Shown here piece after piece: positions 16,379 through 22,047 of a stretch of DNA of 24,710 nucleotides. The notes beneath the pieces were generated by a model. That model did no database searches and was not told the DNA's origin. It was given only the letters and a program-made list of their open reading frames with translations. Origin of the DNA: a virus. The translations under genes were made by a program, and so were the position numbers. The DNA is taken from the IMG/VR virus record IMGVR_UViG_3300023179_000017, positions 1-24,710 of that record, one strand, 5' to 3'. The first letter of the stretch is position 1. Each line of letters begins with the position of its first letter.

Positions 16379-19300
16379 GTGGCTGTAAAGAAAGTAAACG
16401 GGTTTTCCGCTCCTTATCGAAGTGCGACCTTCCAAGCTGAAAGTAACAGCTTAGTTGGACGTAATGGCGTTATTGCCATGAGTGGAACAGTAAGCTCTTC
16501 GGGGGGTGTCGTCACCATCCCAGCTTTTACGGCGATTCAGCAGGGGCTTATCTATTCAAAAGACACAGCTACTACACTAAACATTCCGCCCACCCTGACC
16601 GCTCCTTATTATGTTACTGTCACCGCCCCAACTCCGATTAATACCGATGACTTAATTTTTAGCTTTGCACGAACCCCAAACGACATCACTAACACGGAAG
16701 TTATCTTAGGCGAGTGGGACGGGGTTGAGTGGAGAAACCTAGACAAGGTTTCAATTGATGGGACCATCCTCGATAAAGAATCCGATCACGTTAACCTTTC
16801 TTTTGTTGGTCCAAGAAGCGGTCTTATTACTTCGGTGGTCGGTGGAAACTATCGAAACACCCCAGGCTTTTTAGTTGATAAAAAGGGACACAGCACAGAG
16901 CTTAGCTCGAACGCCATTCTTCCGATTCCTCCAAACGATGTGGATTTTGAGCGTGTCGATAGAATCATTTACCGAAGGCCCAGCGACTCCGTAAACCGGA
17001 TTGGGACGAGAAGGTTTCAATTAGGATGTGCCTATACTTCAGGTGACCCAACTCTTTACGATACGGTTCTTACCTCTACCACTTTAGTTAATCAAAACCC
17101 AAAAGTTTTAGTTGATAGCATCAATAGCGCTCATATGTTCTACGCTCAAGGGTACGGAGCTAGCTTCTCCATAATGTACCAAAAGTATGCAGCGAACAGA
17201 ACAACCAATCTGGTAGCACCCCTTTCAATCGTCACGGCGACTACTCCGAACTTTAGCGTTGCTATTGATAGTAGCAATAACCTCTACGTGGTCTACATCC
17301 AAGACCAAAACGTAAAGTGGGTAAAGACAAACAATGAAGGGTTAATCCTAGCTGGGCCCATCACGATTGATAGCAGGACTACTCCTTGCGACAATCCTCA
17401 AATCGTTATCGACCCACAGAACTTTAAAACGTATATCGTTTATCAGTCTTTATTAAACCCATCAAACAACCAGCTATTTTTTACTACGAGAAGTTTGACG
17501 GGGGCTCAGATAACTCCTGATGTGCGACTTACAAATAATTCAAGTAACCTCATAAACCCCAGCATCTGTATCAATGACGACTTGATGCTCTATGTGGCTT
17601 ACGAGGACAACACTGCAGGGCAGATTTATTACACGGTTTTAAATGATGTGGGAGAAGAATTAGAAGCCCCACAAAGTATTTCAGGTAGCACTTCTAGCGA
17701 ATCGTTTGGAACGCTTTCTCATCAAGCAAGTAAGCCCACAATTCAAGTCGCAGATAACCGAGAGCTCTTTGTTATGTTCTTACAGAAAAAGAGCGCAAAC
17801 TTGACTGGGGTTTCGATTTACCATGAAGGCGCAGCCTATCAAGTAAACCTTCTTAGCCAATCAGAGAACATTTTAAATTACGCAGCTAGAGTCGATTCTC
17901 TGATGAACGATATCCACATCTCTTACGTTCAAGCCTCAAGAGTGGACTACGCGATTGTCGAAGCAGGGGCCAAAGTCCAAAACTGGCAACTTAGCACTTC
18001 AGGTGGTTTTTCAATTGCTTTAGCTAAAGATACTTGTGGAGCAAATGTCCACGTGTGGTCAAGTCCCCTTGCTGGTACTTATAGCCCAATCGGGGCTCTT
18101 CAAACGATTCGACATATTGGCCCAGTGGCGATTGCGGGAGTTTTAAATCCTCTAGTTCTTGGAGCGAATGAGTTTTCACTCTTAGTTGCTGGCCTTACTT
18201 ACACTCCGGTTGTGGGAGATCAGGTTACTATCGCTGGTTCCACTAAAGGAAATAACGGAGCGAAAGTTGTTACTAGGGTGACTTTAAAATCTATCCTAAC
18301 TCCTAACGACACTTATGTCGTTCAAGTGGATAGTAGTTTTGCAGCGGTAGAATCGCCATGTGTTGCCGTGGTCGGACAATTTGCACAGCCCAACGGCAAC
18401 TCAACAAGTTTTGTAAAGTCGGTCGCAAACACCAATGAGGCAAGAGCTCTTAGAACAGAAGAACTCTCAACCGATATAATCCTGTCTCGTTTATCGGTTC
18501 CTGGACCTATTATTTTAAATTACATTCCGATCACAGGCTTTGGAACAAACAGCGACCTCTTTGGGATGTACGGCAATATCAATGTCGATTGGTCAGCGAC
18601 CATGGCAAACGCTCTTACCATGTCGGCAGGTCTTTCTATTGTTGATTTAACGAAGAACTTAATTTACACGGTCACAGGTGGGACATTCCCCATGAATGAG
18701 GGGGATGCAATCTATGTTGTATTAAATGGGGTCAATACCACCATCTCCCCACAAGTTTGCCCGATTCAAAATCTACCCTATGACCAGCCCATTCAGGTCT
18801 TAGGCTTTGTAAAGCTTACAGAATTTAATCCCCATCTATTCTCAGTAGCTGGGATGGGTAACTTAGATGTCGGCGAAGCGATTGTGTTAGGTCAAGACTT
18901 GACCACCGTATTAAGAGCACGCCTTGGAATTACAGGGGAAAGTACCTATCAGCCATACACCTCAACCACCCAGATATCGGCTGGCGATAACTACCCCTCA
19001 GCAATTAGTAAATTAGATCAAGCCCTTTACACCATCATGACGGACCTTCCCAAAGAAGAGTACGTTTTGGTCACAGACCCCGGCGGGCAAACTGTTTTTC
19101 AAGCGCCTACAATAACTTGGAATTCCAGTAATTTAATCCAAGACGTGGAAGTTTACGTCAACGGTCTTAGACAGACCTTAGATACTGCTGGCGGAAACAA
19201 TGAGGACTTTTATAAAATATCCGATACACAGATACAATTTTCTAAAGTTATTCCCAAGAACGCTCGTGTTACATTTAGAACAGAGCGAACAGGTGGTGGG

Positions 19301-19486
19301 GTCAGTGGCATTAATGCGATTGATCTAACCAACATCACGGTGAATCCACAGCCCTTATTAAATGGCACATTTGGAGTAGGAAGTAGCAGCAAAGGATGGA
19401 ACTCACTCTATTTGACGGATGTGATTACGGGAACGATTTATAAGTTAATTATGTCCAACGGTGTGCTACAGGTGGTGCCGGCATGA
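16379..19486 (+). CDS. Large virion appendage / receptor-binding protein with a 7-bladed beta-propeller and C-terminal fibre motifs
   Basis: Seven blade-like repeats at 17099-18058 (for example PKVLVDSINSAHMFY and FSVAIDSSNNLYVVY). Also a GQTVF...VEVYVNGLRQ...IQFS domain and the fibre motif P..NGTFGVGSSSKGWNSLYL. GTG start. Confidence 0.7.
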   Translation: MAVKKVNGFSAPYRSATFQAESNSLVGRNGVIAMSGTVSSSGGVVTIPAFTAIQQGLIYSKDTATTLNIPPTLTAPYYVTVTAPTPINTDDLIFSFARTPNDITNTEVILGEWDGVEWRNLDKVSIDGTILDKESDHVNLSFVGPRSGLITSVVGGNYRNTPGFLVDKKGHSTELSSNAILPIPPNDVDFERVDRIIYRRPSDSVNRIGTRRFQLGCAYTSGDPTLYDTVLTSTTLVNQNPKVLVDSINSAHMFYAQGYGASFSIMYQKYAANRTTNLVAPLSIVTATTPNFSVAIDSSNNLYVVYIQDQNVKWVKTNNEGLILAGPITIDSRTTPCDNPQIVIDPQNFKTYIVYQSLLNPSNNQLFFTTRSLTGAQITPDVRLTNNSSNLINPSICINDDLMLYVAYEDNTAGQIYYTVLNDVGEELEAPQSISGSTSSESFGTLSHQASKPTIQVADNRELFVMFLQKKSANLTGVSIYHEGAAYQVNLLSQSENILNYAARVDSLMNDIHISYVQASRVDYAIVEAGAKVQNWQLSTSGGFSIALAKDTCGANVHVWSSPLAGTYSPIGALQTIRHIGPVAIAGVLNPLVLGANEFSLLVAGLTYTPVVGDQVTIAGSTKGNNGAKVVTRVTLKSILTPNDTYVVQVDSSFAAVESPCVAVVGQFAQPNGNSTSFVKSVANTNEARALRTEELSTDIILSRLSVPGPIILNYIPITGFGTNSDLFGMYGNINVDWSATMANALTMSAGLSIVDLTKNLIYTVTGGTFPMNEGDAIYVVLNGVNTTISPQVCPIQNLPYDQPIQVLGFVKLTEFNPHLFSVAGMGNLDVGEAIVLGQDLTTVLRARLGITGESTYQPYTSTTQISAGDNYPSAISKLDQALYTIMTDLPKEEYVLVTDPGGQTVFQAPTITWNSSNLIQDVEVYVNGLRQTLDTAGGNNEDFYKISDTQIQFSKVIPKNARVTFRTERTGGGVSGINAIDLTNITVNPQPLLNGTFGVGSSSKGWNSLYLTDVITGTIYKLIMSNGVLQVVPA

Positions 19487-20037
19487 CACAGCCAGTAAAA
19501 GGAAAAGCGTTTGTTTTAGATCCAGCCACTCCTTCGGAAATTCCGAATGGGTCGGTGTTTATTGATTCGACAAACTTAAATCAGCTTTCCTTAAAAGATA
19601 CATCAGGAAATGTTTCTGTGATTGGAGCTGGTATTAACCAAAACCTTTTTGTGAAACAAATGCAGGCGGGCGGATCATTTGGAATAAACCAACCACTATC
19701 AAAACGACCAGATGGTCGAGTGGTTCTTGCCGATTCGGATGGGGCCAATACCCAACAGCTTATCGGCTACTCACTCCAGATATCTCCTGGCAATAACGCT
19801 TTAGTAAATGTGCTCTTAGTAGGCGCGAACATTCTCGGGGCCGTGAATGGGCTAGGATTTGCCCCAGGTGACGATGTCTATATTAGCGAGACAGGAGGAT
19901 ATACGAACAATGTATCTTCCTTTAGCGGGGACAACGACAGCATCGTCAAAGTTGGAATCGCCGATTGTTCAGCAGGGGTGTCAAGCTCTGTGGCGACTGA
20001 TCTGGTAGTGTTCCCAGAAGTAATCGCTAAACCTTAA
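19483..20037 (+). CDS. Small virion protein with a DUF2190 / capsid-cement-like domain
   Basis: AGGSFGINQPL...DGRVVLADSD...LIGYS...VNVLLVG...GFAPGDDVYISETGG...KVGIA follows the cement / decoration-like pattern. ATGA overlap with the upstream gene. Confidence 0.5.
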   Translation: MTQPVKGKAFVLDPATPSEIPNGSVFIDSTNLNQLSLKDTSGNVSVIGAGINQNLFVKQMQAGGSFGINQPLSKRPDGRVVLADSDGANTQQLIGYSLQISPGNNALVNVLLVGANILGAVNGLGFAPGDDVYISETGGYTNNVSSFSGDNDSIVKVGIADCSAGVSSSVATDLVVFPEVIAKP

Positions 20038-20050
20038 TTAGGAGAAAGAA

Positions 20051-21631
20051 ATGGCTAGCTTTGATTTATTAGTAGTAGAAGGAGGAAAGCAAAAGCGACG
20101 CTCTTCTAGTGCTCAAACAATCGATTTTGCCGCAATTAGACTTGGTTCAAGTAACCTCTTAGTAAAAGAAACAGGCGGAAAACTAGACCTTGGAAGTACA
20201 GAAATTGTTACTACCGCAGCACCTAGTTCTGACAATTCCGTCGTTACAAAATCTTACGTAGACTCTTTAGGATTTGGATTAAGAGACTTCAAAGAGTCAG
20301 TCAGAGTCCTTGCAACCAGTAACGTTCCCCTAACAGGTGGAGCCGCCCTTCAGATTGACGGAGTATTTGTCCAGAACGGAAACAGAATTTTATTAAACGG
20401 ACAAAACAGCGCTGATCAAAACGGAATTTATGTAGTGAGTGGAATTGGGACCGCTTACTCTTTAACCAGAGCCTCTGACGCTAATCAGAACTCTGGCGTC
20501 TCTACAACTTCTAGCGTATCAGCCGGCATGTTCTGTTTTGTCGAAGAAGGCGATACTTACTACACAAGCGGTTGGGTGCTATCCACTCAAAATCCGATTG
20601 TGTTAGGAACATCGAGCTTAGTCTTCGTACAGTTCTCTGGCGCAGGAATGATTGTTGCCGGAAACGGGTTAACCAAAAACGGAAACGTGATTGATGCCAA
20701 TCCTAGCGACGCTTCTATCACGGTAGGAGCCGATGGCTTTAATGTGACAAGAGACCCGGCAGGAGCAATCGCTCTTGGGAACTCGGGGATTAAAGTAAAT
20801 CTAGAATTAATCAACCCATCTCTTCAAATCGCTACTAACCAGCTTGGAGTAAAATTAGACGGTGCTGGCGCAGTTGTTGCCGGTGCTAGCGGTGTTGGTA
20901 TCAATCTCGAACAACTTAACCCATCTCTTCAAATCGCTACTAACCAGCTTGGAGTAAAATTAGACGGTGCTGGCGCAGTCGTTGCCGGTGCTAGCGGTGT
21001 TGGAGTCAACGTAGATGGCAGTTCATTAGCTATTTCGACAAATGCCCTTACATTAAAAATCAAATCAGGGGCCCCTCTTGCAAAAGACGTCAACGGCGTT
21101 TCTGTAACGGTAGACGGGCGGTCTGTAGATGTAAGCTCAAGCCAACTTGTTGTAAAAACAGACCCCGCAAGCGTTCTTTCTAAAAGTGATTTAGGTCTTT
21201 CGGTGGGTGTGGACAACGACACCGTACAAGTAAGCTCTAACTCCCTTGCAGTCAAATACACAAAGTCTGTTCTTAATAGCACAGGAAGTTCGATAGGGTC
21301 TAACAAGCTTGTATCGCTCTCTTTGTCTGGAACAGATATCGTAGGTGAACTCTCTTCAAGGCAGGATTCAAGCCTTTGGCAAAAAAGTGTGGGGATTACT
21401 GCTAGCACTATCTCTAATGGGGCCTCAGGTCCAGTGGTCGTTAGAAGGGGTGCGATTGTAGGTGGGTTTACTGGGTTAGACACAGGAAAAAAATATTACG
21501 TGAATGCATCTGGAAATATTGGTCTTTATTCAGATATATCCTATTCGGAAGGGGAAATAGTCTACTCAGTCGGTAGAGCTTATAGCCCAACAGAATTGGT
21601 CTTTGATCCACAATTTGAGTTTGAATATTAA
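20051..21631 (+). CDS. Fibre protein with beta-spiral-like shaft repeats and a C-terminal cement-like domain
   Basis: Contains DFKESVRVLATSNV...IDGV...GNRILLNGQ...QNGIYVV...TRASDA...FVEEG...FVQFSGAG...AGNGLTK, a widespread phage fibre domain. This is followed by short G/V-rich shaft repeats and a GLDTGKKYYV...VGRAYSPTEL terminal domain. SD AGGAGA. Confidence 0.75.
   Translation: MASFDLLVVEGGKQKRRSSSAQTIDFAAIRLGSSNLLVKETGGKLDLGSTEIVTTAAPSSDNSVVTKSYVDSLGFGLRDFKESVRVLATSNVPLTGGAALQIDGVFVQNGNRILLNGQNSADQNGIYVVSGIGTAYSLTRASDANQNSGVSTTSSVSAGMFCFVEEGDTYYTSGWVLSTQNPIVLGTSSLVFVQFSGAGMIVAGNGLTKNGNVIDANPSDASITVGADGFNVTRDPAGAIALGNSGIKVNLELINPSLQIATNQLGVKLDGAGAVVAGASGVGINLEQLNPSLQIATNQLGVKLDGAGAVVAGASGVGVNVDGSSLAISTNALTLKIKSGAPLAKDVNGVSVTVDGRSVDVSSSQLVVKTDPASVLSKSDLGLSVGVDNDTVQVSSNSLAVKYTKSVLNSTGSSIGSNKLVSLSLSGTDIVGELSSRQDSSLWQKSVGITASTISNGASGPVVVRRGAIVGGFTGLDTGKKYYVNASGNIGLYSDISYSEGEIVYSVGRAYSPTELVFDPQFEFEY
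20813..21003 (+). repeat. Direct repeat: two 86-bp copies at 105-bp (35-aa) spacing
   Basis: 20813-20898 and 20918-21003 are identical except gcagtt/gcagtc. They encode NPSLQIATNQLGVKLDGAGAVVAGASGVG twice. Confidence 0.95.
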
Positions 21632-21639
21632 GGATTAAA

Positions 21640-22023
21640 ATGGCTTTCAAGGTTCTTCTCATAGACGAGGTTACGGGTAAATTGAAGCGAGGTGAAAACC
21701 TGCCTTCTACGTACTTGTCTTTAGGGGGGAAAATGGTTTTAAGCGCAAGATCAATTTCTGTTAATGCAATTATTGAATCTTCCGATTATTATATAGGGGT
21801 AAATTCTTCTAATAGTCCAATTACAGTCACGTTACCAGATTTATCCGAAGTTGAGCCCGGACAAGAATTCGTTATCAAAGACGAAGGTGGGCAAGCGGGG
21901 ATAAATAAAATCACCGTCGATGGAAATGGCGCCCTGATCGATGGCAGCTCCAGCTTCCAGATTGCGGCTCCCAGAGATGCGATTAAATGCATCGCTCGGG
22001 ATTCGTTCTGGTCGATTATTTAA
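21640..22023 (+). CDS. Small virion protein with a T4 gp9/gp10-like beta domain
   Basis: DYYIGVNSSNSPITVTLP...GQEFVIKDEGGQAGINKITVDGNGALIDG...W follows the pattern TLP...G..x.IKD..G....N.IT....IDG. SD AAGGA. Confidence 0.6.
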   Translation: MAFKVLLIDEVTGKLKRGENLPSTYLSLGGKMVLSARSISVNAIIESSDYYIGVNSSNSPITVTLPDLSEVEPGQEFVIKDEGGQAGINKITVDGNGALIDGSSSFQIAAPRDAIKCIARDSFWSII

Positions 22024-22047
22024 AACTAAAAATAAAAGGAATAAAAA

